A DNA stretch of 64,000 nt from Podarcis pityusensis. Its lineage: Eukaryota. Shown piece after piece: positions 25,534 through 38,823 of this stretch. The stretch is from the NCBI GenBank assembly GCA_964106645.2, contig OZ067046.1; one strand, written 5' to 3'. Positions within the stretch are counted from its first letter, which is position 1, and every line of letters starts with the position of its first letter. A program made the translations under genes and the position numbers. The notes beneath the pieces are model-generated. The model worked only from the letters and a program-made list of their open reading frames with translations, had not been told where the DNA came from and made no database searches.

Positions 25534-26243
25534 TGCCCATCAATTAAAGTAGAGATCTGGGTGTTTTGAGCAGTGACTGTGGAATTGTCTTCACCTGCAG
25601 ACCTTCCAGAATTCCTTCCTTCCTATTTTTTAGGAAGTGAAGGATCAGCTGTTTTGTAGGACTTTTTATACCAGTTAATTCACAATAGTATTGCCTGTTG
25701 TTTGTAGCTGATGAATGTGTTTTTCTTCTATATTATAATCCACACTGAGTTTTCTGTACTCAGTGGTGGTTTTGTGAAAAGCAGATGATTACAGAGCAGA
25801 TCTGAACTGTGTATGTTGGGACATGTTGTGGATATTACATTCTACTGCTTCTGAGGGAAAAAACACGAACATACAAAAGATATGTGCATGCACATCTATT
25901 TGTTTCATAAAATTTATACAACGGTTGAGTGTAAAAACAACAACAACCCTCAAAGCGGTTTATAAAAATAAAACAGTAAAATCAAGAAAAATGCACAAAC
26001 CTACTTTAAAACATACAAAAGTTAAAATATTAAAACAATATATATTGTTAATGTTGTTTATTATTATTTATATGGCTGATGGGTGATTTCGGTTTTTTTA
26101 TATATATGTTATATTAGACAGTATATTGATGTATTGTTATATCCCCCTTTTTCCTTCTCTTGTGCGTGTGTGTCAGGTGACAGGCAACTAATAAGTTTAA
26201 CAAAAAATAAACAAAGCCACTGCTTCTGCTTCGCACCTTGGAC

Positions 26244-26390
26244 CAGGGGCGTAGCGTGGGTTGTCAGCACCCGGGGCAAGGCAAGTAACTTGCACCCCCT
26301 AACCCGTGGATTTGCGCCCCCTAACCCTAACCCCCAGATGTTGCGCCCGGTGCGGCCGGCCCCCCCTGCACCCCCCACGCTACGCCACTG
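26244..26390 (+). mobile_element. 147-bp hAT MITE with internal CCCTAA repeats (copy 1)
   Basis: TIRs CAGGGGCGTAGCGTGGG ... CCCACGCTACGCCACTG; perfect 8-bp TSD CCTTGGAC (26236-26243, 26391-26398). Confidence 0.93.
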
Positions 26391-28979
26391 CCTTGGACGC
26401 TGCCTCCCAGTTCCCCTCCGAATGGTAGCTAAGCGTGCGATCAGGCCCCTTGATAAGCAGAGATAAGCTCCTGCGCAGCCTCTGCTTGTGGCGCCCCGGG
26501 AGACGGGACGGGCCTCACTCCCATCCGAATCAAGGGGCTTTTCCTTTTCCTTTCTTTTTTTGCAGTGAAGGGTCACTCTGCAATTCCCGATTTCTGAAGG
26601 AAAGAGGCGTTCCTATTTATTCCGGCAACATTTAGTGGTTACATGCCTGGCTGGCAGCAATTTCCCACAATGTGTAAATTAGTCAATCCTCAAAGTCAGT
26701 AAACCTTTGCTTTGAAGTGGACATTAATGAACTGCACCATTAGAGCCCAATGATTGCTTACATTGGTATGTTAGGGAGCCTCCCCCACCCCCAGCTTGGC
26801 TTTTTATGTTTTCCTGCCTTGGTGTTTCTTGTCTTTTAGTTATCTGAATTGCCCAGACTGCAAAAATGCTCCTGAAAGAGCTGGGGGAAGGAGGGGGGGG
26901 GGGATTAATGAAAAAAGTTACTACGGGCCTGACTGATGTTGGCACTTCAAAGCTGGAGCAGACTAAATTGCTGTAGACTGCTTAATTCAGAAGTGCTCCC
27001 TTGTGGATGACAGTGCATGGTGACAAAGTTCAATTGGCAACAGGAGACAGGCAAGATCAAAGACTCCCTATTGTAATAGTTTTGTTCCATGAAGAATTGC
27101 TTATTGTCAATAGTTTTTCAAGCCTTTACTAGCTCCAGCTTTGTATCAGGATTCTTTGGTTCAGAACCAGCTTAAATAAATAGCTAACTACATCCTTTGG
27201 ATAATACATTTCAACTCAAAATATTGGATGTTGAGTCTCTTGCAAAATTCACCTCTAAAATCGGGAGAGAGTGAACCGCCTTCACTTTTTGCAGAGCGGA
27301 GGAATGGAAGGGAAATCCAATATGAAAAGTACCGCATGAGGCTGTGCTCCTGGGATTTAGGATTTATTCCAGAAACTGTTATCTATTATTGGAACAAGAA
27401 TGTTCCCTTCCCCACTTTTTGATCATTTCTCTGCTTGCATGCAGCTCAGTCCTGTTTATTGTGGCCTCTCTTTGCCTTTCAGCATCAGATTTTTAAACAA
27501 GAACTTAATTTCATCAGTCTATCCAACAGAAATAGTTCACACGATGGCACTTTTTCTTCTCCTCCCCTTTGCAAAATGTTAAGATGTGGCTCTACTCGGC
27601 TTTTGAAAACAACCGTTAATTTCCAAAATAGCCACCAACTCATATTTTAGCAATGTTGTTGTTTTGATTTCAGCAGCAATGGGGATGACACAACTGGTAA
27701 ATATGAGTTTGGAAACTAGCAAATGACTCCTAAGCACAGCATTGTCAACATCCTTTGCCTTGAAGCAATTACACAGGCTAGTTTGGTGACAATTAAACAA
27801 AACTGCTGAGTGATCATTGGGATCTATAATGTTGACAGCAACTTCTTTCACACCCTCCACGCAACAATTTTTTCAGTGTCTTTTAAAGGAAATATAACTT
27901 TGTGCTGAATGCCAAATTAGTTTATTGCACAGTCACAAAGTAGGAGGCAACAAAGCAAAGAATACATCACAGTGGAACTCTTCAGGTTGCTCCTTGGAGA
28001 TCTATTTCTTTTAAGAAACGAGAACAGATTTGCTAAACTCATCCTTTAAGTTAAAATGTGTATCTTTTCTTTTCTAAAAGAAAAAGCCTAGGATTCTAAC
28101 TTGTAGTTAGAAAGCAAGGTAAGATACCCAATCTACCAGGGAAGTTGTACAGCAGACACCCCACCAAAATTGTGTCCTATACATTTAGCTCCAGCAGCCT
28201 TTTGGTTGTAAATTATGATAGGAGACATCATTAGCCTCTGACTTGTATGCCCCTTCCTACTTAATCACATTAAAGTCCACACATAAGCCCCAGCAGAGCA
28301 ATCACAAATAATTAAATCAATTATGGGCAGCCTAACATTTGGGTATTGTGATTAAACTGGTGTCAACTTTCATAATATTTTATCTGTAAATGCAAATGTG
28401 TGGCTTTGAGTGCACGAGGATAAAAGCTTATATAAATGCCAAAGTATGTTGCTTAGCAATGGCTTTACAACAAATTTCATAAAGGATGCAAAGCTGCCTT
28501 CTCAAGGAAAACAATAAGTAATGAAATTCCAATTAAAACTGTGCAAATCTGAAAGCTAAGAAATGAGTTAATTAAAAAAGGATAAAATGCAGGTTCTGGA
28601 GAAAATATGCTGAATATCATTAATATTTTAAATTCTTTTAAATCCAGCATTTGGCCTAACTTTTTCATTTTAAGTAGCAGAAAAATCACTTGGTTTACAT
28701 GGCACTCAAAAGAGTTGAAATCCTCCCAGAGTGCTTTAGCCATGTTAATATTTCTTAATTTATTTTTCATTGGCATCAAACCTGAAAACTCATGAACAAT
28801 CAACTGTCAAATTCAAAATACCAGTACATGGCAACTATCAAATTTTATAAATGTGCATTTTATTTATTTGAAATATTTTCACCCATTTCTTAATCTCAGT
28901 TTCTGAGTTGGTTTACAACATAATTAAAAACAATAGATGTTTTTAAATGCTTTGTAAATGCTGTACATACATTATTTCA

Positions 28980-29127
28980 ACATTATATCTGCAAGGTAGG
29001 TTAGTATTTTTGCCCCGCTATTGCAGACCAGGGATGATAAGTCACGTTGGACCACCTTGTGGATTCATGTCCGAGGTGAGATTTCAACCAGGATCTTCCT
29101 TCTTACAGCTCGGTCTCTCACTACACA
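28980..29127 (-). mobile_element. Degenerate MIR/CORE-like SINE
   Basis: Reverse-strand GAGATTTCAACC B-box remnant and CACTACAC head; AGGTAGG..TATT..CCCC core remnant. Confidence 0.4.
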
Positions 29128-30665
29128 GTAGGGCTGCGCAGGAACATCACAGCTAATATGAGTATAAGGATGCCTAATGAAGTTACCTTGGCAGTGAAAT
29201 CCAAAAATAATAATTTGCAGGGCAAATTAAGTCTCCCACTGCTTCTTCTCCCAACAGCTTTTGAAGAAGGCAATATCAGCAGTCGTGATTCCAAATTTGA
29301 GTAAAGAAAAAAGACTCCTAATTTAAGAGAACACTCGGAAAGAAAAGATACATTGAATGTACCTATCAGGCTTTTATAAACACAGATGAGTTTTCTGGGG
29401 ATTTTAATTGTATGTAGCATAACAAGAAAGATCTGATAGTACCCCTGCTTTTTAGATGACATTCCAATTTTTACAGAGGTTATTAATGTTCTATGATTAG
29501 TTTGCTTAGGGGAAAATATCAAAGATAAATGGTATGGTTATCAACTGCAGGTTTATTGGTCTGAGACTTCCACCACAGGGAGTGGCTGCTGTATGGGATT
29601 GATAAACGCAGAGATTTATAAGGTCAGGTTTTATGAGTCTACAGATTCCTTGTGGTGTATTACCACATCCTTATTAGAAGCCCCTGCTGTCGTGCTCCTC
29701 AGCCAACAGAGGCAATATATTACACAGGCTTGTCTATCCCACAGATTTCCTCCCTCCTAACAATAGAAGAAGAGACCAAAATAAAATATTGCTTTCCTAA
29801 ATTGTTTGCGCAGCTTTTGTCAGAGTATTTCCCATAATTTTAGATCTGGTCTGAGCATTCTAACATTATTTTTCCAGTTCTTACCAGTTCCTTTTCATAT
29901 ATGAGTTGAATTATGTGGCAACTGTGGTGCAAGAACAAATACATTTTTAATGTCTATGTAAAAGACACATGATAAATGCATTTTGCAATACTGGGAAAAG
30001 ACTGAAACAAATCTCCAGAACAGATTTCTGGAAGAGAAGAGATCCTTTTGCATCATATACTGAGGATTCAACACTGAAGAGGGGAACTGTTCCAATAATG
30101 TTTGATATATTTTCTTTGACCCATGAGATCTGTCAAATTCCCAAGTTATAACTTTATTAAGAAGAAGTTGAGGGAAACTAGAAGTACTTTTTATTTATCT
30201 ATTCATGAATTACATCTATATCCTCCCTTTCTAGTTCCAAGAATGGCTCAAGGCAGCTCTCCACCGCAATAATGTATTAAAAGAATAAAAACAAGTTAAA
30301 GCATCACAAAACAACGTATCAACATATAAAAGCAGCAAACAAAGACATGAAATGGGGGGGGGGGGGACACTGAGCAGGTTTCAGCAGCAGGGAGGGCAAA
30401 AGCTCTCTGACAAACCATAGGCTTCAGCTATTATGGAGAGGAAAGAGAGGGTCAGCAAATTCCCAGGGGCAGGGAGTTCCACAGGGCTTTCCCATCAATC
30501 AAACCTCAGGAGGTGGCCATTTGTTGTTTTCATTTATATGAATTTTATATTTGCAACCAACTTGCTTAACCAACATTGTAGAAAGTTACTGTAATGAAGT
30601 GATGGGAAGATAGTACAAGCTTGAGTCAGAGGTCCCGTCCCCACCACAAATTAGCCAGGAGGGAG

Positions 30666-31109
30666 TGTTAGAATTCCTGCTCCGTGATTGCAGTCATGGG
30701 ATTGTTGTCCTTCACATGACGGTATATGTTTTGACTCCACAGAGTGGGAAGTGACGGAGACAGGATGTTTGTGTTACTGTGTTCCGTGAAGTAGAACTAT
30801 TGTCCTTTGTCATTTTCCTCTTAGTTGTCTGATGCTAGAGAGAGGGAGCCATGTTGCAGTGCTCCATGTGTGTTTATATGTAAATAAAGTAGATTAGCCA
30901 AAATGCTGAGTTGCTGAGGTCTGTTACGCAACTGTGCAAACTCTGCGGATCCCTAAGTGTGCCAGTGTCTGTTGACATCGGTCGCTGTGATGTTCGGGCT
31001 GAAGGAAGCTTTTGAAGCTCCCAAACGATTGACCAGGAGGGAGAGAACATGCCAGTTGGGCATGTGTCTCTGCCAGGGTCCTACTCAAGTTTAGGCTGAG
31101 CTCCTGACA
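30666..31109 (+). mobile_element. Solo LTR (444 bp)
   Basis: TGTTAG...CTGACA termini (TG..CA, imperfect inverted repeat), internal AATAAA at ~30883, 5-bp TSD GGGAG (30661-30665, 31110-31114). Confidence 0.8.
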
Positions 31110-31925
31110 GGGAGCCCTCTGGGCATGCTCCACACCCCTCCCCAGTTTGCGGCTCCATTGACTTTGGTGGTGCCTGGGAGCCCTCAGGCTTACTCAGGAG
31201 TAAGTTGGCTGCTGCCACTGGGCCCAAGACTTGGGCTGCTTGAAGGGAAGAGCACAGTTGCCATGCTCCAGAGGCCAGGCAGGGCTCAGGGCTTCCCCAC
31301 GCTGGAACTGTCCTCCATTCAGCAGAGAGCAGCATTTGGAGAGACTCCCCAAAGGCATCCGGCAGCACTTTAAAAAAAGAAGACGACAGCAGCAGCGCAG
31401 ACTTCTGGCCCCTTGGGCAAAATCTGTAGATCCAGCACTGCCTTCCAGGCCTCTTTATCTGGCCAGCTTCAACCCCCCCCCTTCCCCACTGCTCCCTCCC
31501 AGTGTCTTTGCATCCTATAATTCAGATGGTGCATCTTCCTTGTCTGGACGGAGGACAGAGAGGGAGGAGGGAGTCTAGAGAAACTAGCAGACTGTACAAG
31601 GTAAAATCTGCATCCATGGCTTTGCTCTCTTTATGCCTCTGGTCCTGTCCTCCTGCGCATGGCCTCGGAAAGTGGCCCAGAAAGGAATGTGGGCCCCATC
31701 CTGCAGGGGCTTCTGCTTTTGCTTAACTGCAGCTTGTGACTCTTGGAATATGCACGCAGGGTTAACAAGCAGCTTGGAAGCTGACCTGCACACCGAATCC
31801 CTGGTTGATAACCACACCTGACCCCGAGATTCTGAGTTAAGGAAAATAGGGAATTTACGTTATGAAGGCGCCATGGGCCAGTGCATGTGGCTGTTAACCT
31901 GAAAGTTGGGGGTGGTTTTGCCCAG

Positions 31926-32000
31926 GATTCCTGCATTGCAGGGGGTTGGACTAGATGACCATGGGGTCCCATCCAACCGTACAATTCTATGATTCTATGA
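31926..32000 (+). mobile_element. CR1 3'-end fragment
   Basis: GATTCCTGCATTGCAGGGGGTTGGACTAGATGACC...ATTCTATGATTCTATGA. Confidence 0.8.
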
Positions 32001-32510
32001 AATTACATACTGGATTTTTTTAAAAAAGGATCCTAGTTCTGTCTAACTAAGGTGGAGATACAAAGAGCCATACCTGTTCTTTGTTCTCAGCAGGAGAGAT
32101 ATACAAGGATGTCTCCTCTCCCAAAGTGAGGAGGAAGAAGGAAAAGAGGAAAGCAGTCCTAAGAGTATCAGTCTAACACCTGAGGGAAGATCAGCACAGA
32201 TTAAAGGACAGTCATGGAAGCTTGGAGGTTTCTTCAACTATCTACTTTCTCCTACGCAGACCCACCCATCTTCAGTACAAGCAGAGTTGCATCCCAGCAG
32301 TTTCCACAGTTAAGTCATTTAGACTGTGGTGAATTGTGGTTAATGTCAACTATGGTTAATTTCAAACAAGCAAACTTCAAACCATTGTGAATGAAGCCGG
32401 CTTGTTTAAAATAACCACAATTAAGATTAACTACAGTTATCTTAAGCTTTTGTTTCATAACATGCTCTTCCATGGTGGCCCATTCCCCACAGAGCTCACA
32501 ATAACATACT

Positions 32511-33518
32511 CATAGCTGTCAACCGTCCCTTATTTGGTGGGAAACTCCCTTATCCCAGCGCCGTTTCCCGCTGCTATCCCGGATTGATGATGTCCCTTAA
32601 ATTTCCCAAGTTTCATGCTCGCCCGGCTCAGGAGGGAAGCAGCGGCTCGGGGTTCTCCGCCTCGAGAGAGTGCCCACGAGCTGCCGTGTCTCCGTCTCTC
32701 CCTTTTCCCCCTCAGGGGCGCGTTGTGAGGAGACAGGTGGCAGCAGGCAGGCAGGCAGCCTCTCTCTTGCGAGACTTCCGCTGCGCTGCCAGGGGAAGCT
32801 GGAGGTGACGGCAGCGGCTGAGGAGGCAGCCTGAGGGAGGAGGAAGAGGCGGGGATGGGGAGGGATGCAGAAGGGCGGCGCTTGAGTGGCCGCTGCACCG
32901 CTGCCGCAAGCGCCGCATGCTGGGCTCGCGGGCGGCATGGGCGAGAATCTCTTTCCCTCCCTCCCTCTCTCTCGGGTGGAGAAGGGCCGATGGAACTCCT
33001 CACGCCAGGACGATGGCAGCCCCGACATGCTGCTTAGCATCCCCTCCAACCAGTGCAGCATCTTAATGTAGTGATTTCCCCCTCTGCATCCCTTTCATAA
33101 CTCTATTTTTATAAATCATTTGTCCATCCATAGCTCAAATTTTTACTACAAGTTTTCTGTCAATCCTACCAATGTAGGTATGTAACTCTTTACAATAGCT
33201 TTTCGACTAAATTATAAATTTTCCCCATTCTTTATTAAAGAGGTCCTCTTCCTGGTTTCTCATTCTGCCTGTAAGCTTTGCCATCTCCACGTCGTTCATC
33301 ACTTTTGTCTGCCCCTCTTCTTTGGTCGGAGTTGTAGACCCTTAGGATCATCTGGTTCAACCCCCTGCAAAACACAGTCAGTCCCAGCCAAAGCAGCAGG
33401 GCTCCATCAGTGCCGGATTTATGTATAAGCTAAGCCAAAATCCCTTATTTTAGCTGCTGATCCCTTATTTTCGAGGCTGCTGGTCCCTTATTTTCAAATC
33501 TGTAAGCTGACAGCTGTG
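32511..33518. mobile_element. Non-autonomous hAT element (1008 bp) with mosaic interior
   Basis: TIRs CATAGCTGTCAAC ... GCTGACAGCTGTG, repeated TCCCTTA subterminal motifs at both ends and a perfect 8-bp TSD AACATACT (32503-32510, 33519-33526). Confidence 0.87.
33070..33340 (-). mobile_element. L1 ORF2 C-terminal/3' UTR fragment inside the hAT element
   Basis: Minus-strand TPTKEEGQTKVMNDVEMAKLTGRMRNQEED aligns by eye with LPTLEEWQIQLIDYMELAEMTGRIRDLGEE of the L1 at 13728-14531. Confidence 0.7.
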
Positions 33519-36500
33519 AACATACTTATTTTTAAAAGTGCCAAAAAATTCAAAATACTTCTGTTTTTCTTCTCCATTGTATTTTAAAGAAAACTTCTAT
33601 TTTACTTTTCTGTTTCTGGGTCTGGACAACATGGTAAGCTGTGGTTAAACAAATTCAGAAGTGAAAGCTTCCAAACTCCTCCTCCCTGCCAACTGGAAGA
33701 GGAGGGGGGAGGGGAGCTTGCACTAGCCTGTGGCTCACTGCAGCCCATTCCCAATTATTTACGCTGCACTAAAATATGGTTTGGCATGACATACAAACAC
33801 AGCCATTGTTAGTCTGCTGCCTGGCATATTTCAGGGAGATTATCAGCATTGCTACTTTCGGTCCCTGTGGGCTGTTGTCCAGTAAATTTGTCTCCTCCAG
33901 GAATGCATACGGAAGTCACTTGCAATGGAGAAGGATTTTGACACAAATTCTGTGCCTGAAAAAAATCTGTCACCTCCATTACATATATTTGAATCATTTG
34001 CTCTTTTTCTGGTAGTCATGGAGGAAGCTTTACCTCTGAAGGCCACTGGATTGCTGGGACTTAGAAGTGCCTGAACAGCTACTGTAAAAAAACAATAATG
34101 CATCAAGTAGTTTTTTAAAAAAATTATCTTTACTCCAGGCACCAGGTGCAATCTGCAGGGGAAACCTTCAACACATCATTTGAAATATGCTATTGCTCTG
34201 CCATGGCTCCAGATGAACAGAGTTCTGGACTCGTAGATTGCCACTGTGAATGCCACTCTTACATGCTTAGCCTATTTCACACTGCTTGTATTTTAAAGAA
34301 ATTGCTATCAGGGCCATTTTAAATGTGGGCATCATCACAGAGGTATACATTCAGGGTTAGCTGTGGCCAGTGCTTTTTTCCTAGAAAAATAGATGCCGGT
34401 ACTCTCCATGAAGCTGGCTGTGGCTCCCTGTTCAGCGGGTGCTTGATGGCAAACGTAACTTGTGAAATGACCCTTAGTTTGTTGCTGAGGATAAAGTCTG
34501 CCAGAGTGCTGTCCTCTATCTTGTATTTTTTGCCACAGGGATGATTTCTAGGTGTTCTCCAGTACAAACACAAGCTGAAACACAGGAAATTGCCCTCAGT
34601 TGAGTTGATGTAGCTCATTATTTCTTTAAATAAAGCAACTGGGAAGTGATGGTCAGGGCAGCTCGGTGTGTTTACAACTTTTGCATGTTCTCACCTGACG
34701 CTAGTGGCTGAAACAGAAGCAGGAGACCATTCCTCATTTGTAAAAGAACTGAATGTGGGTTGAGTGTGAGAGGCATTGCTCCCCAGGGTGCAGACACATT
34801 CCTCCTGTCCCATTGTCATCTTGGTCAAGCAGATTTTTTTAAACAATACCTTAAAAAGTAATGAAAGGGGGAAGGGGTGCGCACACCCCACAAGCGTAGC
34901 ACCCTCTTTAAAACTTCCTTCAGTTCTGGGGTGGGGGTGGGGACTTTGTGACTCCAGCTAGAAACAAAAGCTCCCCATGGAAACCCTTCCACGATTCCAG
35001 TTTTACAAAATCCTTGATTCCGTTTTTCACCTCGTAACAGATAAATAACAATGAATTTTGCCAAAGAGCAAAAATGCAGCCAAGAGAACAAATCTGATGT
35101 CCCTCCCCTGGAGGATCCAGCCTGCCTCATTTGAACTGCGCTCCTAGCCAGCCAGCAGCATAGTTACCCGTTCCGTTTTATTTTACCAACTCCAAATAAG
35201 CAAACAATGCCTCCCTGTGAAACTCTGAATCACAGCGTGTGCATTTACAGCTGCAGACAAAATCTGGTTTGTATTTAATGTAACAAATTATGCAAAGCAC
35301 ACCAAATAAGAACCATTTAAAATTCCAGTGGCCCTTTCGGAAAACATTTTAGCAAAATATTTGCTTTGCCGTTTCCTTCTGCTCTCATTAAAAACAATAA
35401 ATCACCAAACAAAGGTTGGGATGCTAGTAGCCCCCCCCCCCCCCGGGCCATCACGTTCCTTTTATGCCATCGTGGGATTTGCTGCATGATACAGGTCAGA
35501 CACATGGCTCCAACTTTAAGCAAAATTCTAGCCAATCAGGAAAATTCCAAATATCACTTAGCATTCAATTCCACTGTGTCTACGTATCCACAAGAACATG
35601 CTGCTTTTGATTGGCGTTAGAATGTGTAGCTTTTTGTGAGCAGAAGGCCACTCCTCTCCTGAAAGGCCTCCCCTAGGGTGGGCCCCACCTCCTGAATCTC
35701 ATGGCCTGGGTCAGTGGGGGCAGAAATGGGAGAGCAGAATTGCCCAGAATCAGGCCCAGCAACTTTCCAGCACTGGCAACGGTGCTCCACAGGGAGAGGA
35801 GCTCCGTGGAGTTCCCAGTGTTCATTCTATGAATCAGTGCAGGTCCTTTGGGAGAGGGCAGGAAGGTCAAAATTTGGGGACTGAATGTTTTGGCACCCAT
35901 TCCAGAGCTCCAGCAAAGGCTCTTACTTGTGAATAAGTGAACGTTAGTCAAGGCTTCCAACAATGCAGGTCAGGCTACAGGTAAAGCTATAGAGGTGTTC
36001 TTTTAAAAGCATCAAGGGTCCAAGACTGGGCAAAAGCTACAAAGGTGTTTTGATGAGTCACACCCCTCCCACCAGCTTTTAAAGCCCCCCTACAAGTCTG
36101 GTGCACTTGGAGACACATACTTCTCCAAGGGATGTGGGTCTGCTGCCTACAGAGTTCTCCCTGATGGGACAGGGGTCAGTTCCGCCTTGGTTCCTCCTTT
36201 TCTAGCTGTCCAGCCTCTCCTCCTTACCGGTCAATGCTCTTCCCCATTATTAGGGGATCTCTCCACTCCATGGATGGGGCAGGACAGAAAATAAGTGGAC
36301 TGTCTCTCCTTCCTAGCCCCATAAGGCAAAAGGGAGGGAGGAGGCATCCCCTTCCCAGGCTGTTCCCCACCTGTGACATCGTTTGCGTCCTCCTCCTCCT
36401 CCTCACCACTTCCAAAGCACAGAGCACCAGAGCCATTTTGCTGCTGTCACCTCCTCTGCCAGAGATGGGTGCCTTGCACCAGCCTTCCCCAGCACGATCT

Positions 36501-37180
36501 CTTTGGCATTTGAGCAGCGCTGATGGGACCAGCCCTGCAAGAGCAACTTCCTCCTAGTTCCTCTGGCATCACCAAATGGGAAGGGTTAGTAGGGTGTGGT
36601 CCCAGGGCATGGTCTTCCTCAAGATGCATTTTTGTTTGGGGGGGGGGAGAGAACAAATTAACAAATACATACGTAACTAGCATCAGATGGTAGGTTTCCT
36701 ATTTCTGCTAGGTCTGGTGTCTGAACACTGGTGAAGTCCAGGTAGACCTGGCCTCTGAGAAGCTCCCATTGTTTCTCAACCCTACTCAGTCCTTTGAACC
36801 TGTCCGCTGGCTGGTCTCGGAGTTCCTGGTCCCTGACTTACCCCAGCCTGGCCCAGCTCTGGCTCTCCTGCCTGTGGAAGATCCTGTAACTATCAGCAGG
36901 CAGGTGGTGAGTCTGCACAGGGCAAGCTGCAGTGTCTCTTAGCTGCCTGTCAGGATTCATGGGATGGACTTGAGTTGAAGTGAGGGAGGACACAAGCTGG
37001 GGTATTGGGGAAGGAAGGGCAGTTTACCCAAGGCAAGTGCTTCCACCACTTGCTTACCAGGGTGGGGTCTTGTCCTTGAGTTACTAGTGGTGACAGTGAA
37101 GTGGCAGCTGGTTTTGAGTGTTCTTCTCTAGATTTCTGAGGCAGGGTCCCTGTACATTTTGATCAGACAAGTAGGGGTTA

Positions 37181-37526
37181 AAAGGTACAGGGTAAAGGGA
37201 CCCCTGACCTTTAAATCCAGTAGTGGCCGACTCTGGGGTTGCACGCTCATCTCGCTTTATTGGCCGAGGGAGCCGGCGTACAGCTTCCGGGTCATGTGGC
37301 CAGCATGACTAAGCAGCTTCTGGCGAACCAGAGCAGCGCACGGAAACGCCGTTTACCTTACCGCCGCAGTGGTACCTATTTATCTACTTGCACTTTGATG
37401 TGCTTTCAAACTGCTAGGTTGGCAGGAGCAACGGGAGCTCACCTCGTCGTGGGGATTCGAACCGCTGACCTTCTGATCAGCAAGTCCTAGGCTCTGTGGT
37501 TTAGACTACAGCGCCACCCGCGTCCC
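37181..37526 (-). mobile_element. Sauria SINE
   Basis: Reverse complement of the 15808 copy, with A/B boxes and an ACCTTT-type tail; 12-bp TSD AAGTAGGGGTTA (37169-37180, 37530-37541). Confidence 0.93.
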
Positions 37527-38658
37527 ATTAAGTAGGGGTTAGGAAGACCTTTATGTATTCAGAGGTTGGGGGTAGGAAGTGGGTCTGAGGAAGCTTCCCA
37601 GTCAAGGAGCCATAACACCTTTTTCTGCATCCTGCTTGATGCCCTCCATCGACAGCGTTGTGTTGGCAGTGCAAAACAGGCCAACATGGAATTGTGCCAG
37701 TGAGTTCCCCCTGGAGGAAGCATGTCCGGAGATGCGGGGCTTCCACAGCAGGCCAATGCTCCCTTCCCCCAGCCAACGTATCTTGCGCATGGGATTGCAC
37801 CTTCAATTATAAAAAGGGAGCTTGGATATAGGATCTTACCAGGAGTTATATGAGCCCTTATTGAGCCCTTATCTTTGCTTTATTTTAAATGGCCTTTTTC
37901 TTTTCGTTCAAAAGATAGTCACTCATTTTTATTGAAGGGACTAATGCTTTGCATTTAGACTAAATTGGAAAGGAGATGCTTAAGGGTAACTGGGTGATGA
38001 AAGGACTACATTAGTGTACAAGTCCAAAGGCTGCTGTTTCTTATTTGTAATGCTGAATTCACATGTGAGTTGTATTTAAGCTATAAATGGTGGCGTCCAG
38101 GGAATATACAGTCCAATTGCCTTAAGTAATGAAATACTTTTATCAAATCACCAGATGGCCCTGTATTCCAAAACAACGTTCTCCTGAACATTTATCATAT
38201 AGTCATTTATTCTCAGGCATCCCCTATAACCTTTGCTTTTCTTTCACTTCCAAAATTGCACCTTATGTTTCTGTATAGGTTCTGGTAAAGAATATAGTGT
38301 GGTGGTAACATGAACAATAATTAACAATAAACAAGACACACAGACACAGAGCATGAAGTCACCCATTTAGCCCCCTCATCAAAGAACAGAAGAGTGAATA
38401 TTTTTTTGGGGGGGGTGGTGAGAAAATGTCACCATGACTACACACAAAAATGGTTGCTGGATCAGTCCCTTGAATCCAGTGGATTCTTATGCCCAGTACA
38501 TATAGCTCTATCTTGGGTTGTTAACTTCTGCAGTACATTAGAGTGAGCTGGGATGTTGGGACCTGGCATGTTATATTATTTTTTATAGTCTTGATTATTG
38601 TTTATAAGAGAACAGGGTAGCAGCAAAATTTGGATTGCTTCACAATTGTGTGTCACAG

Positions 38659-38687
38659 TGATGATGATGGTGATGATGATGATGATG

Positions 38688-38725
<38 letters not shown>

Positions 38726-38760
38726 TTACCTCACCCAACTGACTGGGTTGCAGGAGTTCA

Positions 38761-38806
<46 letters not shown>

Positions 38807-38823
38807 CACACACACACACACAT
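38659..38823. repeat. Microsatellite cluster (GAT)n(AAT)n and (CT)n(AT)n(AC)n
   Basis: Directly visible. Confidence 0.95.

Noticed and set aside
26298-26335. True interstitial telomere or fusion site
   Set aside because: Only three hexamers, confined within a MITE, with no head-to-head array.
26083-26576. Overlapping ORFs sharing peptide with 55796-56059, as paralogous genes
   Set aside because: The shared peptide is just the translated MITE.
32620-33060. CpG island as a host gene promoter or first exon
   Set aside because: It lies inside an element with TIRs and an 8-bp TSD; the overlapping ORFs reflect high GC.
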